Positions 19,062-29,275 of a stretch of 64,000 nucleotides of DNA are shown one piece after another. This DNA is from Desulfomicrobium sp. Its GTDB lineage: Bacteria > Desulfobacterota > Desulfovibrionia > Desulfovibrionales > Desulfomicrobiaceae. The stretch covers positions 352,001 to 416,000 of the forward strand of contig JAXGMI010000001.1 in the NCBI GenBank assembly GCA_040768745.1, given 5' to 3'. A program made the translations under genes and the position numbers. Each line of letters opens with the position of its first letter. The stretch's first letter is position 1. The notes beneath the pieces are model-generated. The model had not been told where the DNA came from. It saw nothing but the letters and a program-made list of their open reading frames with translations, and made no database searches.

Positions 19062-20938
19062 CCGCCCCCACCGTGCCGCAGGTTTTCGACATCGTCGTCG
19101 TCGGTGCCGGGCACGCCGGATGCGAAGCCGCCATGGCCGCGGCGCACATGGGCATGCAGACCCTGCTTTTGACCATCAATGTGGACCGCATCGGACACCT
19201 GTCCTGCAATCCTGCCATCGGCGGACTGGCCAAAGGTCAAATGGTCAAAGAAATCGACGCGCTGGGCGGAATGATGGGCAAATGGGCGGATCAGGCCGGG
19301 ATCCAGTTCCGCATCCTGAACACCCGCAAGGGCCCTGCCGTGCGCTCCAGCCGGGCCCAGATCGACCGGGCGGAGTACCTGAAGGTCGTGCAGAAGGACA
19401 TCTTCACCTGTCCGAACCTCTTCGTGCGCCAGGAAACGGCCCGCGCCCTGACCGTGGACCGTGGACGGGTCACGGGCGTGATCACCACCCTCGGTGAAAC
19501 AATCCCCTGCAGGGCCGCACTCCTGACCACGGGGACATTCCTGCAGGGCCTCATCCATGTGGGGCTCGATCATTTCAGCGGCGGCCGTTTCGGCGACCCT
19601 GCCAGCGGGGGCATGTCCGACTGCCTGCGCCAACTGGGACTGCAGCTGGGTCGGCTGAAGACCGGAACAGTGCCCAGACTGCTCAAGTCATCGGTTGACT
19701 ACTCGGTCATGGAGGAACAGCCCGGCGACAACCCGCCCCGGCCCTTCAGTTTCGACAGCCCGGGCATCCCTTTGTCCCAGTTGCCCTGCCATGTGACCTA
19801 CACCTCGGAGCGGACCCACGAGATCATCCGTGCCGGTCTGGACCGCTCCCCCCTGTTCACCGGCGTCATCAAGGGGACCGGGGCGCGCTACTGCCCGTCC
19901 ATCGAGGACAAGGTCGCCCGTTTTCCGGACAAGGACCGGCACCAGATTTTCGTCGAACCAGAAGGTCTGCACAGTTTCGAAGTCTATCCCAACGGCATCC
20001 CTACCAGCCTCCCCCTTGACGTGCAGAAGGCCATGGTGGCCTCCATCCCGGGTCTGGAAAAGGCCCAGATCATCCGACCGGGATACGCCATCGAGTACGA
20101 TTTCGTCCCCCCCATCCAGCTCCGACCAACCCTGGAAACCAAGGCCGTGCGGGGCCTGTACCTGGCCGGACAGATCAACGGCACCTCGGGCTACGAGGAG
20201 GCTGCCGGCCAAGGGTTGTGGGCCGCCGTCAACGCGGCCCGCGCCTTGCGCGGGGAGACCGAGCTGATCCTGTCCCGCAGCCAGGCCTATATCGCAGTTC
20301 TGGTGGACGACCTGGTCACCAAGGGCACCCTCGAACCATACCGCATGTTCACCTCCAGGGCCGAGCACCGCCTGCTCCTGCGCGAGGACAACGCCGACCA
20401 ACGCCTGACCCCCATTGGCCGCGATCTTGGCCTGGTCGATGACGGCCGCTGGCGGCGCTACACGCGCAAGAGCCAAATGGTGCGGAACATCCTGGCCGGA
20501 TTGGAGTCCGTGCAAGTCCGGCCCGATGCCGCGACCAGGGACAAGGTCGAAGCCATGGGCGGAAAAATCCCGCACAAAGCGGTCAGCCTCAAGGAGCTCC
20601 TGCGCCAGCCGGAGCTCTCTATCCTGGACCTCGTGCCCCTTTGGGCCGGGCTGGATCAATTCGACCGGGAGGCCCTGGAGGAAGCGGAAATCCAGACCAA
20701 GTACGAAGGCTATCTGGACCGGCAGCAGGAGCTGGTGGACCGCTTCGAACGGATGGAGCAGACAATGCTGCCCGATGACATGGACTATGCCGGCATCCCG
20801 GGCCTGTCCCGGGAGGTCATGGAAAAATTGACCAGGATCCAGCCCCGGACCCTGGGCCAGGCCGGGCGCATCTCGGGTGTCACGCCGGCGGCCATTTCTT
20901 GCCTGGAAATTCAGCTGAAAAAGCTTGGACGGCTGTGA
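19058..20938 (+). CDS. mnmG: tRNA uridine-5-carboxymethylaminomethyl(34) synthesis enzyme MnmG (GidA)
   Basis: [41 protein letters not shown] and [11 protein letters not shown] motifs. Confidence 0.98.
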   Translation: MTAPTVPQVFDIVVVGAGHAGCEAAMAAAHMGMQTLLLTINVDRIGHLSCNPAIGGLAKGQMVKEIDALGGMMGKWADQAGIQFRILNTRKGPAVRSSRAQIDRAEYLKVVQKDIFTCPNLFVRQETARALTVDRGRVTGVITTLGETIPCRAALLTTGTFLQGLIHVGLDHFSGGRFGDPASGGMSDCLRQLGLQLGRLKTGTVPRLLKSSVDYSVMEEQPGDNPPRPFSFDSPGIPLSQLPCHVTYTSERTHEIIRAGLDRSPLFTGVIKGTGARYCPSIEDKVARFPDKDRHQIFVEPEGLHSFEVYPNGIPTSLPLDVQKAMVASIPGLEKAQIIRPGYAIEYDFVPPIQLRPTLETKAVRGLYLAGQINGTSGYEEAAGQGLWAAVNAARALRGETELILSRSQAYIAVLVDDLVTKGTLEPYRMFTSRAEHRLLLREDNADQRLTPIGRDLGLVDDGRWRRYTRKSQMVRNILAGLESVQVRPDAATRDKVEAMGGKIPHKAVSLKELLRQPELSILDLVPLWAGLDQFDREALEEAEIQTKYEGYLDRQQELVDRFERMEQTMLPDDMDYAGIPGLSREVMEKLTRIQPRTLGQAGRISGVTPAAISCLEIQLKKLGRL

Positions 20939-20944
20939 TCGGGA

Positions 20945-21277
20945 CTACCTGGGCGGATCTCCCTGTTTTCTGAACTCTGAGTCGCAGTGGGCAAAAGACG
21001 GCACGTAGAACCCATCCACCAGCTCCTGGGCCAGGGCTTCGAGTTTTTCCACGAACGCAGGGTCCAGGATCGAGTCCAGAACTTCGTCCCCAGGCATGAC
21101 ATCCTCGGCCGGGCCGCGCACCTTGAGCAGGATGACCCGTCCGTTGCTCATCACATCAAAACCAACTACCTTGGCCATACCCCTGCCGTGCAGGTCCAGG
21201 ACATGGCTGCGGATAAGCTCGTACAGCTCCACGCCCGTGTCCGGTCTGGTCACGATGGAAAAAACGCGCTCCGCCAT
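20945..21277 (-). CDS. Hypothetical protein
   Basis: 110-aa ORF (MAERVFSIV...) with GGAGG RBS, filling the gap between mnmG and the AOR operon. Confidence 0.6.
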   Translation of the reverse strand: MAERVFSIVTRPDTGVELYELIRSHVLDLHGRGMAKVVGFDVMSNGRVILLKVRGPAEDVMPGDEVLDSILDPAFVEKLEALAQELVDGFYVPSFAHCDSEFRKQGDPPR

Positions 21278-21468
21278 GTTCACCTCCCGATGCCCGCTCA
21301 ATTCATGTACTGGCCGACGTGTATACCACGCACCCTGCTCTTCACAACCGCTCCAAAGACCGATAGCCATGGCGTTTGAAGATTGGAACTCGCGGGCGGG
21401 ATGCACGGTTCCTTCCGCGCGTGCTCGGCAAAAACCGGCGCACACAACCACAGAAACGGAAAACACTC

Positions 21469-21873
21469 ATGAAACAACTTGTCGCATCCCGCATGGAACG
21501 ATGCATTGGCTGCCATTCCTGCTCATTGGCCTGCGCCCGGCTGGTACACAAATGCCTGTCCTGGGAAAATGCAGGCATCCGCATCCAGTCTTCAGGGGGT
21601 CTGTCCACCGGGTTTCTGGCCAAGGTCTGCCTGACCTGTGATCCACCTCCCTGCGCGGCGGCCTGCCCCACGGGCAGCCTCAAGGCACGCAAGGGCGGCG
21701 GGGTCGTCCAGCAGAAAAAGTTGTGCATCCAGTGCGGAAAATGCGCCGCCGCCTGTCCTGTCGAGGCCATTGCCCTGGACCGCCTGGGCAACCCCTACGT
21801 CTGCATCCACTGCGGGAGCTGTGTGGATTTCTGTCCCCACGACTGCCTGGAAATGCGGGAGGTGGAGGCATGA
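21469..21873 (+). CDS. 4Fe-4S dicluster protein (electron-transfer partner of AOR)
   Basis: CIGCHSCSLAC, CLTC..PCAAACP, CIQCGKCAAACP and CIHCGSCVDFCP motifs. Confidence 0.92.
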   Translation: MKQLVASRMERCIGCHSCSLACARLVHKCLSWENAGIRIQSSGGLSTGFLAKVCLTCDPPPCAAACPTGSLKARKGGGVVQQKKLCIQCGKCAAACPVEAIALDRLGNPYVCIHCGSCVDFCPHDCLEMREVEA

Positions 21874-23615
21874 TCTCTCCGACCTTCAGAATTCTGGAAG
21901 TGAACCTGTCCTCAGGCCGGTCCGCCATCCGCAGCATGCCTGGGGTGGAAACCTGCCTTGGAGGTTCTGGCCTGGCGGCCAGGCTCCATCTCGATCTGGC
22001 CAAACCCCATCTGGCATGGGATGATCCGGCCCAACCCCTCATTTTTGCCATTGGCCCCCTGACCGGATTCTTCCCGTTGATGAGCAAGTCGGTCTGCGCC
22101 TTCACATCGCCCCTGCACAGCCAATACGCCGAGTCCCATGCCGGAGGACGGTCCGCCCTGGCGCTGCGCTTTACCGGTTTGGACGCCCTGATCGTCACCG
22201 GCCGCTCTGAAAGGCCTGTGGTTCTGCACCTGGGCTGCAATGTCATCGAACTCCTGGACGCCGGCTACCTGTGGGGCAAGGACGCCCTGACCACGGGCAA
22301 GCTCCTGCGCAGCATACTCAAGGGTTCCGGACACCGGACCATCATACGCATCGGTCCTGCCGGGGAAAACAAGTCCGCCATGGCCTGCATCAACGTGGAC
22401 ACCTACCGCCATTTCGGGCGTCTGGGCGGCGGGGCGGTCATGGGCGCCAAGAACCTGAAGGCCATCGCCATCGAAGGCAACGGCTCCCAGGACCTGCCTG
22501 CAGGCAAGGACTACAGCGCCCTGTACGCCGACATCTTCCGCAAGCTGACAGACACGGACATGATGCGCAAGTACCACAACCTGGGCACGGCCTCGAATCT
22601 GGAAGCCCTGAACGAACTCAAGGCCCTGCCGTGGCGCAACCTGCAAGCCACTTCTGATCCTGGCATCACCGGGATCTCCGGACAGCGCTTCGCCGACGAC
22701 ACCCTGCTCCGCAACGCGGCCTGCTCTGGCTGCCCGGTGGGCTGCATCCACATCGGGTTCGTGCGCGAGAAATTCCACGCGGACAACCAGTATCTTTACC
22801 GACAGGTGGGATACGACTACGAGCCCATCTTCGCCACGGGTTCCATGCTCGGGCTGACCAAAGCGCCTGAGGTGCTCACGGTCATGGACGAGGTGGAAAA
22901 GGTCGGGCTCGACGTCATGAGCGCCGGAGTGGCCCTGGCGTGGGCCACCGAGGCCCTGGAACACGGGCTGGTCAACGTGGAACAGACCGGGGTCGGGCTG
23001 CGCTTCGGCGAGGTTGAGGGCTATCTGAAGGCCATGCCCATGCTGGCCGGAGGGGTCAACGAGTTCTGGAGGCTGCTGGCCGCTGGGACCATGGCAGCGG
23101 CCAGACATTACGGCGGTCAAGACTTCGCCTGCGTCCTGGGACAGGAAATGGCCGGGTATGCCACGGGGGAGGTCTTCTACGTGGCCCAGTCTCTGGGACT
23201 CAGACATTCGCATCTGGACACCGGGGCCTACAGCTACGACCAGTCCAACGCGCCCAAGGACGTGACCAAGGCCCTCGAATTCCTGCTGGAGGACGAACGC
23301 GAGCGCGTCGTTCTGACCTCCATGGTGGCCTGCCTCTTCGCCCGCAAGGTCTACGATCCGGACACCCTTCGTCAGTGTCTGACGGTTCTCGGGGGGCGGG
23401 AAATAGCTGACGGGCTGGACAAGGCGGGAAGCCGCATTCAAAACCTGCGCTGGCAGGCCAGGATCGCCAACGGATATGATCCATTCCAGGTGAAAATCCC
23501 CAAACGCTTCCTGGAAGTGAGTACCTGGAAGGGTCAGACCGACCCGCAGTACCTCGAAAACCTGCGCCTCGCGTACGCCAAGGCCATCAAGGAAATGAGC
23601 GGTCAGGGCAACTGA
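21870..23615 (+). CDS. aor: Aldehyde ferredoxin oxidoreductase family (W/Mo-pterin)
   Basis: ESHAGG, IGPAGEN, GRLGGGAVMGAKNLKAI and CSGCPVGC motifs; ATGA overlap with the upstream ferredoxin gene. Confidence 0.9.
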   Translation: MISPTFRILEVNLSSGRSAIRSMPGVETCLGGSGLAARLHLDLAKPHLAWDDPAQPLIFAIGPLTGFFPLMSKSVCAFTSPLHSQYAESHAGGRSALALRFTGLDALIVTGRSERPVVLHLGCNVIELLDAGYLWGKDALTTGKLLRSILKGSGHRTIIRIGPAGENKSAMACINVDTYRHFGRLGGGAVMGAKNLKAIAIEGNGSQDLPAGKDYSALYADIFRKLTDTDMMRKYHNLGTASNLEALNELKALPWRNLQATSDPGITGISGQRFADDTLLRNAACSGCPVGCIHIGFVREKFHADNQYLYRQVGYDYEPIFATGSMLGLTKAPEVLTVMDEVEKVGLDVMSAGVALAWATEALEHGLVNVEQTGVGLRFGEVEGYLKAMPMLAGGVNEFWRLLAAGTMAAARHYGGQDFACVLGQEMAGYATGEVFYVAQSLGLRHSHLDTGAYSYDQSNAPKDVTKALEFLLEDERERVVLTSMVACLFARKVYDPDTLRQCLTVLGGREIADGLDKAGSRIQNLRWQARIANGYDPFQVKIPKRFLEVSTWKGQTDPQYLENLRLAYAKAIKEMSGQGN

Positions 23616-23632
23616 ACTTCAGGAAATGGCAC

Positions 23633-23671
23633 GAACCGGGCCGGGCTTGATGGATCTCTCCGGCCCGGTTC
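23633..23671. terminator. Hairpin between convergent aor and thpR; probable terminator
   Basis: 12-bp inverted repeat gaaccgggccgg / ccggcccggttc. Confidence 0.6.
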
Positions 23672-23678
23672 TTCCATT

Positions 23679-24233
23679 TCAGGCCCCAAGAGTCACTTCC
23701 GCTGCCCTGCGGTACTCCGGACCCGACGGGCGCAGGACGCTCTGCCAGAGCACGACGTTTTTTACCTCGAAAACGGGCCAGTCCCGCGTCAGATCGGCGG
23801 CGAGGCCTGGCCAATCGTCACTCCGGACCGCCTCCCTGACCCGGGCCACGGTTACATGGGCGGCGAAGGGCCGCGTTTCGGCGGAAAAGCCCACTCCGGC
23901 CAGGGCGTTGTCCAGGGCCGCGAAGTACGCCCCGCACTCTTTCTGACCCCTGGAGAACCCCACCCAGACCACGCGCGGCGCCCCCCGGGGCGGAAAAAAC
24001 CCGCCTTTTCTTCCCTGCATTTCAAAAATTCCCTGAGCCGCTGCCCGCATGGCCCGGACGATGGCCGCGACCCTGGCCTCGTCCACTTCCCCCAGAAACT
24101 TGAGGGTCAGGTGCGCCAACTCCGGCCGCACCCAGGAAACCTTCGATTCCAACCGTTTCCTCCAGACGCCCTGCACCTCGCCAATGATCTTCAGGTATTC
24201 TTCAGGAATGGGGATGCCTATGAAAAGCCGCAT
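23679..24233 (-). CDS. thpR: RNA 2',3'-cyclic phosphodiesterase (2'-5' RNA ligase family)
   Basis: MRLFIGI start; two HxT motifs (HLTLKFLG, AHVTVAR). Confidence 0.92.
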   Translation of the reverse strand: MRLFIGIPIPEEYLKIIGEVQGVWRKRLESKVSWVRPELAHLTLKFLGEVDEARVAAIVRAMRAAAQGIFEMQGRKGGFFPPRGAPRVVWVGFSRGQKECGAYFAALDNALAGVGFSAETRPFAAHVTVARVREAVRSDDWPGLAADLTRDWPVFEVKNVVLWQSVLRPSGPEYRRAAEVTLGA

Positions 24234-24337
24234 GTGTGGTCCCGCCTGATGCGTAACATGAAGGAAAGGCATGGATTCCCGCGCAGGCGAGGATCCATGT
24301 ATCTCCACCTGTGAAAGGCAGGCCGCTCCCGCCCCAA

Positions 24338-24514
24338 GCGAGTCCTGGTCGGGGCGTCGCGGGCGCGTCGACTGTCCGACCGAACCAAGCATCGTTTGGT
24401 TCCCCGTCGTCAACCGCCCCGAGCGCAACCTCCGCGCCCTGCACGCGACGGGGAACCATTACGAGGCCGGCGAGGAAGTTTCGACGCGTCCGCGACGCCC
24501 CGACCAGGACTCGC
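24338..24514. repeat. 177-bp nested inverted repeat (rod-like hairpin); candidate ncRNA or MITE
   Basis: 34-bp arms at 24338-24371 and 24481-24514 (33/34 match); inner 13-bp perfect arms at 24397-24409 and 24446-24458. Confidence 0.85.
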
Positions 24515-24553
24515 GCCCTCCGCCCAACGCTCAAATCGTCTTCCGCGGCAATC

Positions 24554-26029
24554 TCAGAACTCCTCCTCGCCTCCCCGCTCCGCGTACGCCCCAAGCAGCT
24601 CCCACAGCGTCCGCACTCCGAACCCCGTCCCGCCGGGCCGGAAGATCGAAGCATTCTCGTCGGTCCAGGCCGGTCCGGCAATGTCCAGATGGGCCCAGTC
24701 CACCCCCTCGGGCACGAAATTCTTCAGGAACACGGCGGCGAAAATGGCTCCCCCCTCGCGGGTGGCAATGTTCTTCAGGTCCGCCACCTCGCTCTTGAGG
24801 GGAATCCCGTATTCCTTCCACAGCGGCATGGGCCAGTAGCGTTCGCCCACCCGGCTGCCCCCCTCACGGATGCGCCGGTCCAGGTCCGCCGTGGTGGCGA
24901 AAATCGCCGCCACCTTGGTGCCCAGGGCCACCAGGCAGGCCCCGGTCAGGGTGGCCAGATCCACAAGGATTTCAGGCTCCAAGCGGCTGCTGTAGGCCAG
25001 GACGTCGGCCAGGATGAGCCGGCCTTCGGCGTCGGTGTTCAGGATCTCCACGGTCTTGCCATTCATGGCCGTGACCACGTCTCCAGGCTTGGTGGCTCGG
25101 CTGCCCGGAACATTCTCGGTACACGGCAGCAGGCCCACCACCCGCCGCGCACTGCCGCCGGCCAGCCCCAGGGTCCTGAACAGCCCCAGGACAGCAGCCG
25201 CCCCGGCCATGTCACCCTTCATCTCGTGCATCTTGGCCGAGGGCTTGAGGGAAATGCCGCCCGTGTCAAAGGTCACCCCCTTGCCCACGAAAACCAGGGG
25301 CTTTTGCGTGCCCCCGGGGGAGGAATCGAGAACAATGAATCGGGCCGGCGTGTCGCTCCCGCGGAACACCGCGGCAAAGGCGCCCATGCCCATGGCCACG
25401 ATCTCCTCCGGCCCGAAAACCTGTATCCCGAATCCAAATTCCGCAGCCATATCCCGGGCCTTCCCGGCCAGATGTTCGGGAGTGGCCACATTGGCCGGGG
25501 TGTTGACCAGATCTCTGGCCAGACAGACACCTTCGGCCACGGCCACGGCCCTGGCCACCCTGGCCTCCATGTCCTGATCCCTGCTGATGATCAGCAGGGA
25601 TGCGGGACCATCGTCCTCGCCCGGTTCGGACTTGAAGGCCACAAATCTGTAGCCCGCAAGAATCGCCGCGATAATGCCCTCCGCGGTCAGATCTTCGGCC
25701 AGCTCCAGACGGGCCAAATGGCTCGCATCGACGGCCAGACAATGCATCTCCTGGCTGGCGGCGACCCGCACGGCCGTACCCACTGCCGCACGGAACCCTT
25801 CCAGGTCCGCATCCCCGTTCCTGCCCAGTCCCACCAGGAGACAGGCCCCTCTGGTCCCGGAGCAGAACCGGGTACGGCCGGCCTTGCCCGTGAAGCCCTG
25901 TTCCGGACGGACCCCCCAGCGCCGGAACAATTGCAGATCCGCCTTGCCCCAGGTTTCCCCTTCGGGCAGAAACATGAGCAATAACGCATCTTTCAACTCG
26001 CCATGATCCGGAAAAACCTGTATCTTCAT
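24554..26029 (-). CDS. pepA: Leucyl aminopeptidase (M17)
   Basis: VGKGVTFDTGG, MKGDMAGAA, NTDAEGRL, DLATLTG and HLDIAG motifs. Confidence 0.96.
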   Translation of the reverse strand: MKIQVFPDHGELKDALLLMFLPEGETWGKADLQLFRRWGVRPEQGFTGKAGRTRFCSGTRGACLLVGLGRNGDADLEGFRAAVGTAVRVAASQEMHCLAVDASHLARLELAEDLTAEGIIAAILAGYRFVAFKSEPGEDDGPASLLIISRDQDMEARVARAVAVAEGVCLARDLVNTPANVATPEHLAGKARDMAAEFGFGIQVFGPEEIVAMGMGAFAAVFRGSDTPARFIVLDSSPGGTQKPLVFVGKGVTFDTGGISLKPSAKMHEMKGDMAGAAAVLGLFRTLGLAGGSARRVVGLLPCTENVPGSRATKPGDVVTAMNGKTVEILNTDAEGRLILADVLAYSSRLEPEILVDLATLTGACLVALGTKVAAIFATTADLDRRIREGGSRVGERYWPMPLWKEYGIPLKSEVADLKNIATREGGAIFAAVFLKNFVPEGVDWAHLDIAGPAWTDENASIFRPGGTGFGVRTLWELLGAYAERGGEEEF

Positions 26030-26159
26030 GTCAACCTCGCAGAAAGAAACGACAACATCGGTTTTACAGCCCATAGTGCGCCTGGCCGCGCGAGTAAAGA
26101 CGGTCGCGCACGGCGATCAATGGCCTCTTTGGACCCACGGAAACTTTTGGAGAAGCGAT

Positions 26160-27680
26160 ATGGAACACAAGTGCATCATCGCCGTCCTCGGGGCCACGGG
26201 ATACATCGGTGGACGGCTGGTTCCGACCCTGCTCGAACGGAATTGGAGCGTGCGGGCCGTGGGACGGAATCTCGAAAAACTGCGCTGCCGCCCATTCGCC
26301 ACCCACCCCGGGATCGAACTGACCCAAGCTGACGCCCTGGACCGGACTGCGCTGACAACAGCCCTGCGGGGTTGTCACGCGGTCTACTACCTCGTCCATT
26401 CCATGTATCCGGGAGTGGGAAATTTCGAGGACCGGGACAAGCGGGCGGCCGAGATCATGCGCGACGCGGCCGCGGATGCGGGTCTGCAACGCATCATCTA
26501 CCTCGGTGGCCTGGGCGATGACGCCCCGGACCTGAGCCTTCACCTCAAATCCCGCATGGAAGTGGGCCGGATTCTGGGCTCCGGCCCAGCGGCCCTGACC
26601 TGGTTGAGGGCGGCCATGATCCTGGGTTCGGGGAGCGCGTCCTTCGAGATCCTGCGCTACCTTGTGGACCGGCTTCCCATCATGATCACCCCGGCCTGGG
26701 TCAAATCCCTGTGCCAGCCCATCGCCGTGACGAATGTGCTCGAATACCTCGCCGGCTGCCTGGACCACCCCGAGACCATGGGCCGCACCTTCGACATCGG
26801 CGGACCGGACATCCTCAGCTACCGCGACCTGTTTGACGTCTATGCCCGGGTAGCCGGACTGCGGCGTAGGATCATCATTCCCGTGCCGGTGCTGACTCCA
26901 CGCCTCTCGTCCTACTGGATCCAGCTGGTCACCCCGGTTCCGTCCAGCCTGTCCCGCCCATTGGCCGAAGGCCTGCGCAACAAGGTCGTGTGCAGAGAAA
27001 ACAGCATCCGGGATATCATTCCCACACGCCTGCTCTCGGCCGAGGAGGCCATTTCCAGGGCACTGGACCGCACCGGCCGGCATGAGGTCGAAACCTGCTG
27101 GTCCGACGCCGGAGCGGTGCGCGTTCCGGAATGGGCCGACTGCGGGGATGCCCCCTATGCCGGGGGCACAGTGCTGGAATCGGCCCACACCGTGACCCTG
27201 GCCGCCTCCCCGGACCGAATCTGGGATGTCCTGGTCCGTATCGGCGGGGACCAGGGCTGGCTCTACGCCAACTGGCTGTGGAAAATCAGGGGCTGGGCAG
27301 ACAAATGCATCGGCGGAACGGGACTGCGCCGGGGCCGGCGCGACCCCGACGAGCTGCGGGCCGGAGACGCCCTGGACTTCTGGCGGGTGCTGGTGGCGGA
27401 CAAGAGCAGACAGCTGCGCCTGGTGGCCGAAATGAAACTGCCCGGTGAAGCCCTGCTTCAGTTCGACATCCAGGGTCACGGTGCCGACAGGTCGAGCCTG
27501 ACCCTGCGCGCCCGCTTCCTGCCCAGAGGACTGTGGGGCATGGTGTATTGGACCGTGCTGGCCCCGGTGCATACGCCCCTCTTCCGCGGTCTGCTCCGCG
27601 CCCTGGCCCGAAAGGTTGGGGCCCCCATCCTGTCCGGTCCGGCAAAACCAGCCAAGGAGGTCTCGTCATGTCGACTCTGA
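26160..27680 (+). CDS. NAD(P)-binding SDR with C-terminal DUF2867-like domain (YbjT-like)
   Basis: GATGYIGG, YYLVHSM, GSGSASFE, IGGDQGW...LDFWRV and AEMKLPGEA motifs. Confidence 0.88.
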   Translation: MEHKCIIAVLGATGYIGGRLVPTLLERNWSVRAVGRNLEKLRCRPFATHPGIELTQADALDRTALTTALRGCHAVYYLVHSMYPGVGNFEDRDKRAAEIMRDAAADAGLQRIIYLGGLGDDAPDLSLHLKSRMEVGRILGSGPAALTWLRAAMILGSGSASFEILRYLVDRLPIMITPAWVKSLCQPIAVTNVLEYLAGCLDHPETMGRTFDIGGPDILSYRDLFDVYARVAGLRRRIIIPVPVLTPRLSSYWIQLVTPVPSSLSRPLAEGLRNKVVCRENSIRDIIPTRLLSAEEAISRALDRTGRHEVETCWSDAGAVRVPEWADCGDAPYAGGTVLESAHTVTLAASPDRIWDVLVRIGGDQGWLYANWLWKIRGWADKCIGGTGLRRGRRDPDELRAGDALDFWRVLVADKSRQLRLVAEMKLPGEALLQFDIQGHGADRSSLTLRARFLPRGLWGMVYWTVLAPVHTPLFRGLLRALARKVGAPILSGPAKPAKEVSSCRL

Positions 27681-28156
27681 TGACAGAGCCGCGTTTCTCG
27701 GAAGCCAGCATCGCGCAGCCCGAAATCCGCGCGAACCTGGAGGTTATCCTGCGCGAACAGCGCTCAGGTGTGCTCTGCACCTGCTTCATGGACATTCCCT
27801 TGTGCAGCCAGATGGCCTTTGCCGTTGCCGGGGATCTGCGCACCCTGATTGTCGTCACCCCCCGGCAGACCACAAAATACGACAACATGAGCTCCAACCC
27901 CAACGTATCCTTCCTGGTCAGCACGTCGCGCAACGACCCGTCCGATCCGACCACGGCCCAGGCCCTGACCGTAACCGCCTTTGCCACGGAACTCGATGGC
28001 GAGCGACGTCACCAGGCGGTCACGCTGTTTGCCCAAAAGCATCCGGACATGCTGTCCTTTGCCTCGGCCCCGGGCAGTGCGGTCATGGAACTGAAGGTGG
28101 ACAGCTACATTCTGGTCAACAATTTCCAGCAGGTGACACGCATCGGTCTGCAGTGA
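27668..28156 (+). CDS. Pyridoxamine 5'-phosphate oxidase-like FMN-binding protein
   Basis: TPRQTTKYDNM..NPNVSFLV split-barrel pattern; AAGGAGG RBS. Confidence 0.8.
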   Translation: MSTLMTEPRFSEASIAQPEIRANLEVILREQRSGVLCTCFMDIPLCSQMAFAVAGDLRTLIVVTPRQTTKYDNMSSNPNVSFLVSTSRNDPSDPTTAQALTVTAFATELDGERRHQAVTLFAQKHPDMLSFASAPGSAVMELKVDSYILVNNFQQVTRIGLQ

Positions 28157-28298
28157 TTCCCGGAAAAGTTTTCTCCAAACCAAGGCAGGACTGGACAGGC
28201 GGGGGAGGATTGGCGAAAGTTGACGAACAGAAAAGATTCATGATCCCAAAGTCTGCACACTGCAGCCGACCGATACGACGCACCCATAAGGAGCACAT

Positions 28299-29249
28299 AT
28301 GAATCGACCTATCCGGCTGGGAGTCAGCCGCTGCCTCCTCGGGGACAAGGTCCGTTATGACGGCGGGCACAAGCGCGACCCCTTTCTGATTGAGACTCTG
28401 GGCCAGTATGTGGAATACGTCCCGGTCTGCCCCGAGGTGGAATGCGGCCTGCCCATCCCGCGCGAGGCCATGCGCCTGGTGGGCAACCCCGACTCCCCCA
28501 GACTGGTGACCCAAAAAACCGGGATCGATCACACCGCGCGCATGCAAGGCTGGGCTCGGGGTCGTCTGGAAGAGCTGGAAACCGAAGGCTTGTGCGGATT
28601 CATCTTCAAGAGCAAGTCCCCTTCCAGCGGCATGGAACGGATCAAGGTCTATTCGGAATCTGGAAATCTGTCTGGGCAGTCCGTGGGCATTTTCGCTCGC
28701 ATGTTCATGCAGCGTTTTCCCCTCCTGCCCGTGGAAGAGGAAGGCCGACTGCACGATCCCCAGCTGCGCGAAAATTTCATCGACCGCATCTTTGTACTCC
28801 GCCGCTATCGGGACATGCTCAGATCCGGGCAGACCCTGGGCAATCTGGTCACTTTCCACACCCGCCACAAGCTGCAGCTCATGGCCCACAGTCCTGAGCT
28901 GTACCGGGCCATGGGTCAGCTGGTGGCCAAGGGCAAGGAATTGCCAAAGGAGCAGCTTTTCCGCAGCTATCACGAACATCTCATGCAGGCCACGCGCATG
29001 AAGGCCACCCCTCCCAAGCACCGCAACGTGCTGCAGCACATCATGGGCTATTTCAAGAACGACCTGCACCCCGACGAAAAGCAGGAACTCATGGATCTGA
29101 TCAGCCAATACGCCAGGGGAATCATCCCGCTTATCGTCCCCGTGACCTTGCTGAACCACTATGTGAACAAATACGACGAATTCTACCTGCAGGACCAGAC
29201 CTACCTGCACCCGCACCCCGTGGAACTGAAGCTCCGAAACCACGCCTAG
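28299..29249 (+). CDS. DUF523 + DUF1722 protein (YbgA-like; 2-thiouracil desulfurase-like N-domain)
   Basis: GVSRCLLG..VRYDGGHK, CPEVECG, KSKSPSSG, FHTRHKLQLMAH and YLQDQTYL motifs. Confidence 0.9.
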   Translation: MNRPIRLGVSRCLLGDKVRYDGGHKRDPFLIETLGQYVEYVPVCPEVECGLPIPREAMRLVGNPDSPRLVTQKTGIDHTARMQGWARGRLEELETEGLCGFIFKSKSPSSGMERIKVYSESGNLSGQSVGIFARMFMQRFPLLPVEEEGRLHDPQLRENFIDRIFVLRRYRDMLRSGQTLGNLVTFHTRHKLQLMAHSPELYRAMGQLVAKGKELPKEQLFRSYHEHLMQATRMKATPPKHRNVLQHIMGYFKNDLHPDEKQELMDLISQYARGIIPLIVPVTLLNHYVNKYDEFYLQDQTYLHPHPVELKLRNHA

Positions 29250-29275
29250 ATCTGGCCAGAACAGAGGAGACACGC

